This document shows, one piece after another, positions 10,277 to 19,521 of a stretch of DNA of 64,000 bases. How positions within the stretch are numbered: position 1 is the first letter of the stretch; each line of letters opens with the position of its first letter. Location: sequence record DRR723986_585; one strand, 5' to 3'. Below the pieces are notes generated by a model. That model made no database searches, was not told the origin of the DNA, and saw nothing but the letters and a program-made list of their open reading frames with translations. The position numbers and the translations under genes are program-made.

Positions 10277-10284
10277 TATCTTTG
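10277..10284 (+). promoter_or_regulatory. Bacteroidota housekeeping -7 promoter element of glnA
   Basis: TATCTTTG (TAnnTTTG) 26 nt upstream of the ATG. Confidence 0.65.
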
Positions 10285-10310
10285 CTGAAATTTTTAAAAA
10301 ACAGTACGAA

Positions 10311-12500
10311 ATGTCTAAATCTAGAACAAAAGCATTTGATGAAGTGTTGACAAGAGAGCCTCAACATATGGAAACACCAGAAAGGAGAGTTTCAGAATAT
10401 TTTGGTGAAAACACTTTTCATTTAGATAAAATGAGAGAGTGTCTAACTGATGAGGCCTACAAAATAGTGAAGTCAGCTGTTCAGAACGGAACTGCGGTAG
10501 ACAGAACTCATGCAGATCAAATTGCTACGGCAATGAAAGATTGGGCTATTTCAAAAGGTGCAACTCATTATACACACTGGTTCCAACCTTTAACAGGCGC
10601 TACTGCTGAAAAGCATGATGGTTTCTTTAAGCCAATCGGACCGGGAAAGGCAATTGAAAGGTTTGAAGGTGATTTGTTAGTGCAACAAGAGCCAGATGCA
10701 TCATCTTTTCCTAACGGTGGGATTAGAAATACATTTGAAGCAAGAGGTTATACTGCCTGGGATCCAACATCTCCAGCATTCGTTATCGGTAAGACTTTAT
10801 GTATTCCGACTGTTTTTATTGCTTACACAGGAGAGGCGCTCGATTATAAAATGCCATTGTTGAAAGCCTTAGATAGAGTAGAGTCTGTGGCGAAAGAGGT
10901 GTGTCAATATTTTGACAAGAACGTTTCTAAAGTTGGAGCGACCTTAGGTTGGGAGCAAGAGTATTTCTTAGTGGACACTGCTTTATATAATGCGCGTCCA
11001 GATTTAGTAATGACAGGTAGAGCATTGTTTGGTCATTCTCCAGCAAAAGGTCAGCAGTTAGACGATCATTATTTCGGATCTATTCCTGAAAGAGCTACAG
11101 CTTTTATGAGAGAGTTTGAATACGAATCTCATTTGTTAGGAATACCAGTTACGACAAGACATAACGAGGTTGCGCCGAATCAATTCGAGTGTGCCCCAAT
11201 GTTTGAAGAAGTGAATATCGCGAACGATCACAACTTATTGTTGATGGATTTGATGGAGAAAGTTGCTCGTAAACACAATTTTAGAGTGTTATTACACGAA
11301 AAACCTTTTGCAGGAATCAATGGTTCAGGAAAACACAATAACTGGTCTTTGGCTACCAATACAGGTGTTAACTTATTGCAACCAGGTAAAAATCCGAAAT
11401 CGAATATGCAGTTCTTGACTTTCTTCGTAAATACGATTAAAGCTATTCATGATAATGCAGATTTGTTGAGGGCATCAATCGCTTCTGCTTCTAACGATCA
11501 TAGGTTAGGTGCAAACGAGGCGCCACCGGCTATTATTTCAGTATTTATTGGTTCGCAATTATCTAAAATGCTAGATGATTTAGAAAAGAGCATTAAAGCT
11601 GGGAAAATGACTCCTGAAGCAAAAACTGAATTGAAATTGAGTATCGGAAAAATCCCTCAACTATTATTAGATAATACAGATAGAAATAGAACTTCTCCAT
11701 TCGCATTTACTGGAAATAAGTTTGAGTTCAGAGCAGTAGGGTCTACGGCAAACTGTGCGCATGCAATGACTGTATTAAATACAATTGTAGCAAATCAGTT
11801 GCAAGAATTTAAATCAAATGTAGATGCTCAAATCGCGCAAGGTGAAAAGAAAGATGAAGCGATTCTTAGAGAATTACAAGTGTTGATAAAAGAATCCAAG
11901 AAAATCCGTTTTGAAGGAAATGGTTATGGAGATGAGTGGGTAAAAGAAGCGAAGAAAAGAGGATTGTCTAATTTAAAGGATACCCCACGTGCCCTTGACG
12001 TATGGAGTAAAAAAGAGACGAAAGCATTGTTCCAAAAATTGGATATTCTTTCAGATGTTGAGTTGGAGGCGAGACATGAAATTGAGTTGGAAAATTATAT
12101 TCTTAAGATTCAAATTGAATCACGTGTAATGGGCGATTTAGCTAAAAACCATTTAATGCCAGCTGCACTTGAATACCAAAACGTTTTAATTAGAAATGTT
12201 GAAGGTTTAATGAATGTTTTAGGAGCAAAAGAAGGTAAAGAGGCGGCAAGAACTCAAATCAATTTCATCAAATCAATCTCTAAGCATGTTAATGCTATGA
12301 ATGATAAAGTAAATTTGATGATTGAAGAGCGCAAGAAAGCAAACGTTATGGAGGATTCCAGAAAGAAAGCTTATGCGTATTGTGATAATATCAAATCTAT
12401 GTTTGATGACATCAGGTATCATGCAGATAAATTAGAAATTATGGTAGATGACGAAATGTGGCCATTACCAAAATTAAGAGAGCTTTTATTTACGAAGTAA
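10311..12500 (+). CDS. glnA: glutamine synthetase type III
   Basis: 729 aa; THYTHWFQPLT, EPDASSFPNGG, HNEVAP, NGSGKHNNW and DRNRTSPFAFTGNKFEFR motifs. Confidence 0.97.
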   Translation: MSKSRTKAFDEVLTREPQHMETPERRVSEYFGENTFHLDKMRECLTDEAYKIVKSAVQNGTAVDRTHADQIATAMKDWAISKGATHYTHWFQPLTGATAEKHDGFFKPIGPGKAIERFEGDLLVQQEPDASSFPNGGIRNTFEARGYTAWDPTSPAFVIGKTLCIPTVFIAYTGEALDYKMPLLKALDRVESVAKEVCQYFDKNVSKVGATLGWEQEYFLVDTALYNARPDLVMTGRALFGHSPAKGQQLDDHYFGSIPERATAFMREFEYESHLLGIPVTTRHNEVAPNQFECAPMFEEVNIANDHNLLLMDLMEKVARKHNFRVLLHEKPFAGINGSGKHNNWSLATNTGVNLLQPGKNPKSNMQFLTFFVNTIKAIHDNADLLRASIASASNDHRLGANEAPPAIISVFIGSQLSKMLDDLEKSIKAGKMTPEAKTELKLSIGKIPQLLLDNTDRNRTSPFAFTGNKFEFRAVGSTANCAHAMTVLNTIVANQLQEFKSNVDAQIAQGEKKDEAILRELQVLIKESKKIRFEGNGYGDEWVKEAKKRGLSNLKDTPRALDVWSKKETKALFQKLDILSDVELEARHEIELENYILKIQIESRVMGDLAKNHLMPAALEYQNVLIRNVEGLMNVLGAKEGKEAARTQINFIKSISKHVNAMNDKVNLMIEERKKANVMEDSRKKAYAYCDNIKSMFDDIRYHADKLEIMVDDEMWPLPKLRELLFTK

Positions 12501-12520
12501 AATAGATTTTACTAAAACTT

Positions 12521-12555
12521 AATCCGTCTCGGTTCAGCCGTGACGGATTTTTTTT
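12521..12555 (+). terminator. intrinsic terminator after glnA
   Basis: AATCCGTCTCGGT-TCA-GCCGTGACGGATT followed by a T-run. Confidence 0.85.
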
Positions 12556-12607
12556 GTTCTGAAACTACCGTTATTATTGGTTTTTTAAAATTTGTTTCAT
12601 TTTTTTC

Positions 12608-12639
12608 TTGGAGATTAATTTTTTTTCACCTTACATTTG
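12608..12639 (+). promoter_or_regulatory. Bacteroidota promoter of the met operon
   Basis: TTG (-33, 12608-12610) and TACATTTG (-7, 12632-12639). Confidence 0.65.
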
Positions 12640-12676
12640 CAATGTCGATTACGGTTCTCGTGAACATGTGATTCGA

Positions 12677-12780
12677 TTTATAAAGAAGAGGTAAGAGACA
12701 GGCTCTATGACCCTCTGGCAACCTTAAGAAGGACTTAAACGGTGCCAATTCCTGTCCCGGTTTTATCGGGAAAATATAAA
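12677..12780 (+). ncRNA. SAM-I (S-box) riboswitch aptamer
   Basis: P1 TTTATA/TATAAA; P2 GAGG..CCTC with inner AGAG/CTCT; loop ACAGG complementary to CCTGT (pseudoknot); P3 GGCAACC...GGTGCC; P4 TCCCGG/TCGGGA; located upstream of Met biosynthesis genes. Confidence 0.9.
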
Positions 12781-12791
12781 AGAATTGCAAA

Positions 12792-12890
12792 ATGAAGACA
12801 AATTCTAAAATTAAACCAGTTGTAAGTAAAAACCTATCAGGTTTAAACCATTTTTCTTGTTGGCATTTGATGTCTAACTGTTGCTGTTAA
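12792..12890 (+). CDS. putative Cys/Met-rich leader peptide MKTNSKIKPVVSKNLSGLNHFSCWHLMSNCCC (32 aa)
   Basis: ATG in an A-rich context 11 nt after the aptamer; four Cys and one Met codon in the last 10 codons, ending TGT TGC TGT TAA. Confidence 0.6.
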   Translation: MKTNSKIKPVVSKNLSGLNHFSCWHLMSNCCC

Positions 12891-12964
12891 TCCCTTTTTT
12901 CAGCTTTCGTTAATTCGTCCTTAAAATTCTTAAGGCCTTATCAATCAATTTAAAATCAAGAAAA

Positions 12965-13990
12965 ATGAACAATTATTTTTTATATCATAATCAATTTAAT
13001 TTAGAATCCGGTCAATTGCTAGACGGATTCAAAATCGCTTATACAATTGCTGGAAATCCTTTTGCGAAAAAGACCATTTGGGTTTGTCATGCTTTGTCCG
13101 GAGACGCTAATCCACTAGAGTGGTGGGCAGGCTTGTTTTCTGATTCTAGTCTTTTCGACTTATCTGAATACAAGGTGGTTTGTGCAAATACGCTGGGTTC
13201 TTGCTATGGATCAACAGGGCCGGCAGATTTGGATGAGCCTTTGACTTTTCCCGTTTTAAGTATTCGAGATATGGTTCGAGCACATCAGTTGTTGGCCGAA
13301 TACCTGAATGTAGGTTCTGTGGAATTGTTGATCGGTCCATCCCAAGGTGGCCAACAAGCATTAGAATGGTCAATTCAAGATCCAGATTTTGCCAAACAAT
13401 TGATTTTAGTGGCGACAAATGCGGTGCATTCGCCTTATGCTATTGCCTTTAACGAATCACAAAGAATGGCTCTTCGCGCAGATTTGTCCTTTGGTTTAAA
13501 AACGGGTGGTAGAGAAGGTTTGAGGGCGGCTAGAGCCATAGCTATGCTTTCATACAGATCTTATCAAGATTTTTATTTGAAACAAAAAGATGAGGAGCGG
13601 TCTGCTCAAAATCACAGAGCTTCTTCTTATGTAGCGTATCAGGGAGAGAAATTTGCCGATCGTTTTAATCCGCATGCCTACTATTATCTTTCAAAAGCAA
13701 TGGATAGTCAAGATGTTTCGAGAGGTCGCGGGTCTTTGGAAGATGTTTTATCAAGTGTAAAATCTAAAACGCTTGTGATCGGAGTTGATTCTGATGCATT
13801 ATTTCCGATTCAAGAGCAAGAATTTTTAGCAAATCATATTCCGAATGCTTGTCTAGGTGTGATTCGGTCTGCATACGGACATGACGCTTTCTTAATAGAA
13901 TACGAACAACTGAATGATTTGATTAAGGATTTTTTATACAATGAATTTAAAAACAATAAACCGACAACTTTTAAAACTAAAACGAATTAA
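12965..13990 (+). CDS. metX: homoserine O-acyltransferase (MetX family)
   Basis: VCHALSG, GSCYGSTGP, nucleophile elbow GPSQGG, D and YGHDAFL motifs. Confidence 0.92.
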   Translation: MNNYFLYHNQFNLESGQLLDGFKIAYTIAGNPFAKKTIWVCHALSGDANPLEWWAGLFSDSSLFDLSEYKVVCANTLGSCYGSTGPADLDEPLTFPVLSIRDMVRAHQLLAEYLNVGSVELLIGPSQGGQQALEWSIQDPDFAKQLILVATNAVHSPYAIAFNESQRMALRADLSFGLKTGGREGLRAARAIAMLSYRSYQDFYLKQKDEERSAQNHRASSYVAYQGEKFADRFNPHAYYYLSKAMDSQDVSRGRGSLEDVLSSVKSKTLVIGVDSDALFPIQEQEFLANHIPNACLGVIRSAYGHDAFLIEYEQLNDLIKDFLYNEFKNNKPTTFKTKTN

Positions 13991-13992
13991 TA

Positions 13993-15225
13993 ATGAGTAA
14001 TAAATTAAAGATAGGTCTATTTGGATTTGGCTGTGTAGGGTCAGGTCTTTACGAGGTACTGAATCAAAGTAATCTACTAAATGCATCTATTGAAAAAATA
14101 GTAGTTAAGGATCGCGATAAGCACAGAAGTTTAGCAAAAGATAGGTTTTCATTTGAAAAAGAGACGGTCTTAGATGATTCGGCTATTAACCTTGTTGTAG
14201 AATTAATTGATGATGCTGAAGCTGCCTTCGAAATTGTTACAGAGGCCTTTAGAAGAGGGAAGAATGTGGTGTCTGCGAATAAAAAACTAATTGCTGAACA
14301 TTTAGATGTATTACTTGCATTAAGCGAAGAATGTGGTGTTTCGTTTTTATATGAGGCGGCTGTTTGTGGGTCGATTCCTGTAATTCGAAATTTAGAAGAG
14401 TATTACAATAACGATAGTCTTGCTTCTATCAAAGGTATCTGCAACGGAACCAGTAATTATGTCTTAACGCGATTGAATAATGAGCTAAAATCATTTGATG
14501 AAGTGTTGGCAGATGCGCAAGCAATTGGTTTTGCTGAATCTGATCCAACTTTAGACATTGATGGCTTTGACAGTAAATATAAGTTGCAAATTCTTTTACT
14601 TCATACTTTTGGCTTGAAGACTGTTCCTCAAAACGTATTAAATATCGGGGTTCGTCACGTCAAGGCTGAGGATATTCTCTTCGCAAAAGAGAAGGGATTG
14701 CGACTGAAGTTGATTTCTTATGCTAAAAAAGTAGAGGATGAAATTGTAGCATTTGCTGCTCCAATGTTTGTGAAGGATGATAGTTTCGCATTTGAAGTCA
14801 ACAATGAATTCAATGCTGTTGAAATTGAAGGTCTTTTTGCGGATAAACAAGTATTTGTTGGTAAAGGGGCGGGTAGTTTTCCTACTGCAAGCGCAGTGTT
14901 AAGTGATGTTTCGGCACTTCAATACAGCTACAAATATGAATATCGCAAATTAGGCTCTAATTCTTCAAGTTTAGCAGATGGCTTTGTGTTTAAGGTGTTT
15001 GTTTCTTCAAAAAATGCAGAGTCTCTGTCGTTAATCAATTTTATCCAAGTGGAAGAGGAGTTTAGTTCTTCAAATTACTCGTATAAAGTGGGTCTGATAA
15101 AAAGTTCTTCAATTAATCATGAGTTATATCGTAATCAACCAGACTTGTTTATTGCTGCTTTTGAAGATGCTGAAATTGAATTGATTAAAAAAGAAAAACA
15201 GCAAGTTGAATCTTTAGAAGTTTAG
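13993..15225 (+). CDS. hom: homoserine dehydrogenase
   Basis: GFGCVGSG, VVSANK, YEAAVCGSIP, NGTSNY, GFAESDP and GKGAG motifs. Confidence 0.93.
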   Translation: MSNKLKIGLFGFGCVGSGLYEVLNQSNLLNASIEKIVVKDRDKHRSLAKDRFSFEKETVLDDSAINLVVELIDDAEAAFEIVTEAFRRGKNVVSANKKLIAEHLDVLLALSEECGVSFLYEAAVCGSIPVIRNLEEYYNNDSLASIKGICNGTSNYVLTRLNNELKSFDEVLADAQAIGFAESDPTLDIDGFDSKYKLQILLLHTFGLKTVPQNVLNIGVRHVKAEDILFAKEKGLRLKLISYAKKVEDEIVAFAAPMFVKDDSFAFEVNNEFNAVEIEGLFADKQVFVGKGAGSFPTASAVLSDVSALQYSYKYEYRKLGSNSSSLADGFVFKVFVSSKNAESLSLINFIQVEEEFSSSNYSYKVGLIKSSSINHELYRNQPDLFIAAFEDAEIELIKKEKQQVESLEV

Positions 15226-15228
15226 GTT

Positions 15229-15639
15229 ATGGAATTGTTATTAAGAAGATTGAGTGGTGAATATGGATTTGAAGTTGCTAATCAAACTGGCCAACAGATA
15301 CGTTTTGATGCTGCAGAAGAAATAGGAGGGCTGGGCTTTGGAGTACGCCCTATGGAGGCCTTGGCTTCTAGTTTGGCGGCATGTGCGTCCATTGATGTTT
15401 TGCTCATTTTGAAAAAGCAGAAAGTGATTCCTGAAAATTTTGAGGTTAAAATTGATGCGATTAGAAAAGAGGAGATACCAAGTGTTTTTAAATCAATTCA
15501 TCTAGATTTTTTAGTTCAGACTAATGCCTCTTTGGAGCGGATTCAAAAAGCAGTGAATTTAAGTCTAGATAAGTATTGTTCCGTTGCTAAAATACTTAAT
15601 CCAACTTGCGATATCACTTCGAGTATAACTTTATTTTAA
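15229..15639 (+). CDS. OsmC/YhfA-family protein
   Basis: GVRPME..LAAC..ID and KYCSV two-Cys pattern. Confidence 0.88.
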   Translation: MELLLRRLSGEYGFEVANQTGQQIRFDAAEEIGGLGFGVRPMEALASSLAACASIDVLLILKKQKVIPENFEVKIDAIRKEEIPSVFKSIHLDFLVQTNASLERIQKAVNLSLDKYCSVAKILNPTCDITSSITLF

Positions 15640-15671
15640 GTTGTTTAAGCTAATATAAATCAATGATTTAA

Positions 15672-16829
15672 ATGAAAAAAGAAACACGATTAATTAGAGA
15701 TCAAATTGAAAGAAGTCAGTTCAAAGAGCATGCAGTTCCGTTGTACATGACTTCGAGTTATACTTTTGATTCTGCCGAACAAATGGCGGCGACATTTAAT
15801 GATGAAGAAGAGGGTTATATCTATAGCCGTTATTCAAATCCAAATGTCACGGAGTTTGGAGATAAGGTTGCGTATCTTGAGGGAGCGGAGGCTTCTTGGG
15901 TAACCAGTTCTGGGATGTCTGCCATCTTCTCAACTTTTGGCGCATTACTTAAATCAGGAGATCGTATTTTATCAGCACGTTCTGTTTTTGGTTCGACTCA
16001 CCGTTTATTCACTGAGATGTTACCAAAATGGGGGGTAGAAACGGATTATGTTTCTTTTGATGATGTTGATTCATGGAAGGACTCCGTTACAAGTCAAACT
16101 AAAGTGTTGTACTTGGAAACGCCTACTAATCCAGGTGTAGACATCATTGATTTGGTAAAAGCAAGCGAATTGGCAAAGGAATTTGGTTTAATTTTTATTG
16201 TAGATAATTGTTTTGCTACACCCGTAAATCAACAACCAATAAAATTTGGAGCTGATCTAGTTATCCATTCAGCCACAAAGTATTTTGATGGTCAAGGAAG
16301 GACTATGGGTGGAGTGATTTTAGGTACTGAGCAATTGATTGCAGAAATCCAAGCTTTTGCAAGACATACGGGGCCGTCAATTTCTCCTTTCAACGCATGG
16401 ATTTTATCAAAGTCTTTAGAGACATTGACTTTAAGAGTTGAGCGGCACAACCAGAATGCGCTCGAATTGGCGAAAAGGCTAGAGGCTGAGGAATCCGTTT
16501 CAATTGTGAAGTATCCGTTCCTAGAGTCTCATCCTCAGTATGAAATTGCCAAAAAGCAAATGACAGGTGGCGGAGGATTGGTGACTTTTGAAATAAAAGG
16601 AGGCGTTGAGAAAGGTAGAGAATTCCTGAATCGTTTACAGATGCTCAGTTTGACCGCGAATTTGGGTGATTCTAGATCCATTGCTACACATCCTGCGTCA
16701 ACAACCCATTCAAAGTTAACTGAAAAGGATAGGCTAGCGGTAGGCATAACACCTGGATTAATACGAATCTCTGCCGGTTTGGAGCATATTGATGATATCT
16801 GGGCGGATATACAACAGGCTTTGAGTTAG
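15672..16829 (+). CDS. metZ: O-acyl-homoserine sulfhydrylase (MetZ-like, Cys/Met metabolism PLP enzyme)
   Basis: [32 protein letters not shown] and HPASTTH motifs. Confidence 0.85.
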   Translation: MKKETRLIRDQIERSQFKEHAVPLYMTSSYTFDSAEQMAATFNDEEEGYIYSRYSNPNVTEFGDKVAYLEGAEASWVTSSGMSAIFSTFGALLKSGDRILSARSVFGSTHRLFTEMLPKWGVETDYVSFDDVDSWKDSVTSQTKVLYLETPTNPGVDIIDLVKASELAKEFGLIFIVDNCFATPVNQQPIKFGADLVIHSATKYFDGQGRTMGGVILGTEQLIAEIQAFARHTGPSISPFNAWILSKSLETLTLRVERHNQNALELAKRLEAEESVSIVKYPFLESHPQYEIAKKQMTGGGGLVTFEIKGGVEKGREFLNRLQMLSLTANLGDSRSIATHPASTTHSKLTEKDRLAVGITPGLIRISAGLEHIDDIWADIQQALS

Positions 16830-17059
16830 AGGGTTGCGAATTTCAAGTACAGTGCTTCAACTTTCGTTCTTGCCCAAGGTGTTTTTCTTAGAAATTTGAG
16901 ACTCGATTTGATTGTAGGATTTGATTTGAAACAGTTGATGTCAACCTCATTGGCCATGTTCTCCCATCCAATTTCATCAACTAAATAGTCTAGCATGTGT
17001 TGAAGTTTGACTCCGTGCAAAGGATTGTTGGTTTGGTCTCCTGATGGATTGTTCGTCAT
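16826..17059 (-). CDS. VF530/DUF2132-family small protein
   Basis: NPLHGVKL...GWE...[26 protein letters not shown]. Confidence 0.9.
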   Translation of the reverse strand: MTNNPSGDQTNNPLHGVKLQHMLDYLVDEIGWENMANEVDINCFKSNPTIKSSLKFLRKTPWARTKVEALYLKFATL

Positions 17060-17104
17060 AATTAATTCTTAAAGGACTGATTAAAGAAGTTGAAAAACCT
17101 TAAT

Positions 17105-17695
17105 CTATTTATACTTGTCATTGAGTCCAACACCTGATAATATCATTGGTATGCATTTTTCTAACCTCGAGAGGCGTGTTTTTTCTTGTTTGGCGGAGCC
17201 AATATGTTCTGCATACTCTCTTTGTTTACCAGGTGTGAGTTGGTTGAATGCTGATTCTAAGGCTGAATCGGATTGAAGTTCATCAGATAATTCTGCTGGC
17301 ATTTCTACTTTCTTGGCCTTAACAGCTTTCATTTCTTTGCCAGCTTTTTGATTGGCAATAGCTTCTGCCACATAAGCTCTAACTTTCGCAACATCTATGT
17401 CTTCAAAATTCTTAAATCTCCATTGGCGTAATGCTTTGGTGGTGCCCTCTTGTGCATTGATAAGCACCTTGTCATTATCTTTTAAAAATACTCCTTGATG
17501 AAACCAGAGTCCACAGTATTCTTTGAAAGCTGCCATCCCTACTACGTTTTTTCCATTAATCGTATAGCAAGGTGCTCCCCATTTTACACATTCTTCAAGC
17601 TCGGTTTCTTTTAATAAATCCCTTAAAAGAACAAGTTCTTTTTTCCAGTTTTGATGATGTTCTAGATAGTCTTGAACAGATTTATGCAATTCCAT
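17105..17695 (-). CDS. YdeI/OmpD-associated family protein (DUF1801)
   Basis: KWGAPCY, LTPGKQREY and AKQEKTR motifs. Confidence 0.88.
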   Translation of the reverse strand: MELHKSVQDYLEHHQNWKKELVLLRDLLKETELEECVKWGAPCYTINGKNVVGMAAFKEYCGLWFHQGVFLKDNDKVLINAQEGTTKALRQWRFKNFEDIDVAKVRAYVAEAIANQKAGKEMKAVKAKKVEMPAELSDELQSDSALESAFNQLTPGKQREYAEHIGSAKQEKTRLSRLEKCIPMILSGVGLNDKYK

Positions 17696-17724
17696 ATTTT
17701 AAATATATAAAAAATAGATTTTGA

Positions 17725-17988
17725 CTAGTTGTCGATAATATCTTGATCTGTGTTTGTGGTTTCTATCTCGTCTTTATTGATCTTACTAAAAATTAAGAGA
17801 TAAATGAACAGGAATGGAACTAATGAAAAGGCGTAAATAGTAGCGTGCCAGATGTTTTGGAATACTGAAACTAAGTTAAGTCCAATAAGGCAAATCCCTA
17901 TAAATATTAAGGCTGTTTTCCATTGCTTTGATTTTCGTAAATCGAGGAATAGTCCAATTATCGGTAAACATGTTAACAGGAAGATCAA
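17725..17988 (-). CDS. small membrane protein
   Basis: 87 aa with about three hydrophobic segments; fills the gap in a co-oriented gene run. Confidence 0.55.
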   Translation of the reverse strand: MIFLLTCLPIIGLFLDLRKSKQWKTALIFIGICLIGLNLVSVFQNIWHATIYAFSLVPFLFIYLLIFSKINKDEIETTNTDQDIIDN

Positions 17989-17989
17989 T

Positions 17990-18913
17990 TTAAAGCTTTT
18001 TCATTAACTCAATGTAAAGGTCAGTCATAGACTTTAAGTCGGCTTTATTGACTTTTTCATTGGGCGAATGCACGAATTGTTCTGGAGCACCAATAAAGCA
18101 CCAATCAAAGGCTAGATCAGTGTTTTGAAGCATGGTGCCGTCTGAACCTCCCGCGCTTTCAACTTCTATCTGGTACTTAATGTTTGCTTCATTGGCAATT
18201 TTGAGGATTCTATTCACAAAAGATCTTCGCGGAATACCCTTGTCATGTAGGGATATAGCAACTCCTCCGCCATCTGTAATTCCTTCAGTAACCCAAGTGA
18301 TGTCAGAAATCAAAGCTTGATAAACTTGATGATTATCAATCAAATAATTACCAAGAAAACCAACCGATCCTCCTCCTTGTTCTTCATATGTAGAGAACAC
18401 GATAGCTCCATTCTCAAGGGTTTCAGCAACTTTTAATGCGTTCCAAACGCCAAGTCTGTTATCCATATAAGGAGATTGAATATGTGTTTCAGTTTCTCTA
18501 AAATTGGGTTTGAATGTAAGGATAGTGCCACGATCTAGAATTCTATCTGAAACACATTTTACAGTGGTGCTTTCATCTTCATTCTCTAAGATCATAAGTT
18601 CAGTTTCAATCTCTCCGTGACTGTCGCTTCCAACAAGCTCGGTTCCGTCTATGATTCTGGGTCCACCAACTTTAACCAATTCATTGTCATAGCCCACCAT
18701 AAAACCAATGGTATCTATATGAGCAAAAATAGCTGTGGTGGGTTTGCCGAAAATCAATAGGAAAGCATCTTGAAATCCTTTTCCTTCAATAATTTGAGGT
18801 TGAACCACCCAATTGGATTGATTCACCTTAACGTATTCAATGATGTAATCCTTTATTTTAGATTCGTCTCCTGATGCGCCTCGTATTGAAACTAGCTTTT
18901 CTAAATCCTTCAT
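17990..18913 (-). CDS. M42/M28-like metallo-aminopeptidase
   Basis: AHIDTIG, MDNR, EEQG, D and HSPNE metal ligands. Confidence 0.85.
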   Translation of the reverse strand: MKDLEKLVSIRGASGDESKIKDYIIEYVKVNQSNWVVQPQIIEGKGFQDAFLLIFGKPTTAIFAHIDTIGFMVGYDNELVKVGGPRIIDGTELVGSDSHGEIETELMILENEDESTTVKCVSDRILDRGTILTFKPNFRETETHIQSPYMDNRLGVWNALKVAETLENGAIVFSTYEEQGGGSVGFLGNYLIDNHQVYQALISDITWVTEGITDGGGVAISLHDKGIPRRSFVNRILKIANEANIKYQIEVESAGGSDGTMLQNTDLAFDWCFIGAPEQFVHSPNEKVNKADLKSMTDLYIELMKKL

Positions 18914-19521
18914 TATTGCTTTACGGTTTTAAACTTTCCTGACTGATTCAGGATGCCTTTTAAATTTTCAAATTTTGATAATAAGGTACTGCAACCAACA
19001 AAACTACCTTTTTCATCCATGCTGTGCTCGTTAATTACTACATTATTTCTGTTCAAAATAGCCATAATGTCACCCGTGTCAGCGGCTTCAAAGTAAATTT
19101 TAAATTGTACTTCTTTGTGTTTATTGATAACCTCACCATTTATAATAGCTTGTTCTGCTGCAGTTTTATAAGCGGTAATCAGTCCGCCAACACCAAGGTT
19201 TACACCTCCGTAATAGCGTACAACGGCAATTAGAACATTGCTCAATTCATACTTGACAATTTGACCAAAAATGGGCTTTCCGGCAGAATTTCCTGGTTCT
19301 CCGTCATCTGAGTATCTCTCTAATGGTACATCAGTGCCTATTCTCCAAGCGAAACAGACATGCACGGCTTTGGGATGATCATCTCTAAGCTGTTGCAAAT
19401 GAGATTTTGCCTGGTCTTCGTTTTGAACGTTGAATGCGAACCCTAGGAATTTCGATCCTTTTTCTTTGTAAAGTCCTTGACTCGTGGTTTTAATTGTTTG
19501 GTATGAATATACTTCTGCGAT
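18913..19521 (-). CDS. yigZ: YigZ/IMPACT family protein (start probably non-canonical ATC/ATA)
   Basis: Frame extends past the track start to include YQTI..SQGLYKEKGSKF; also HVCFAW, SDDGEP..SAGKPI and VVRYYGG..LGVGGL. Confidence 0.88.
   Translation of the reverse strand: MAEVYSYQTIKTTSQGLYKEKGSKFLGFAFNVQNEDQAKSHLQQLRDDHPKAVHVCFAWRIGTDVPLERYSDDGEPGNSAGKPIFGQIVKYELSNVLIAVVRYYGGVNLGVGGLITAYKTAAEQAIINGEVINKHKEVQFKIYFEAADTGDIMAILNRNNVVINEHSMDEKGSFVGCSTLLSKFENLKGILNQSGKFKTVKQ

Noticed and set aside
10101-10367. 88-aa minus-strand ORF in the hsp20-glnA intergenic region
   Set aside because: Overlaps the glnA start and promoter motifs and has no protein-like features.
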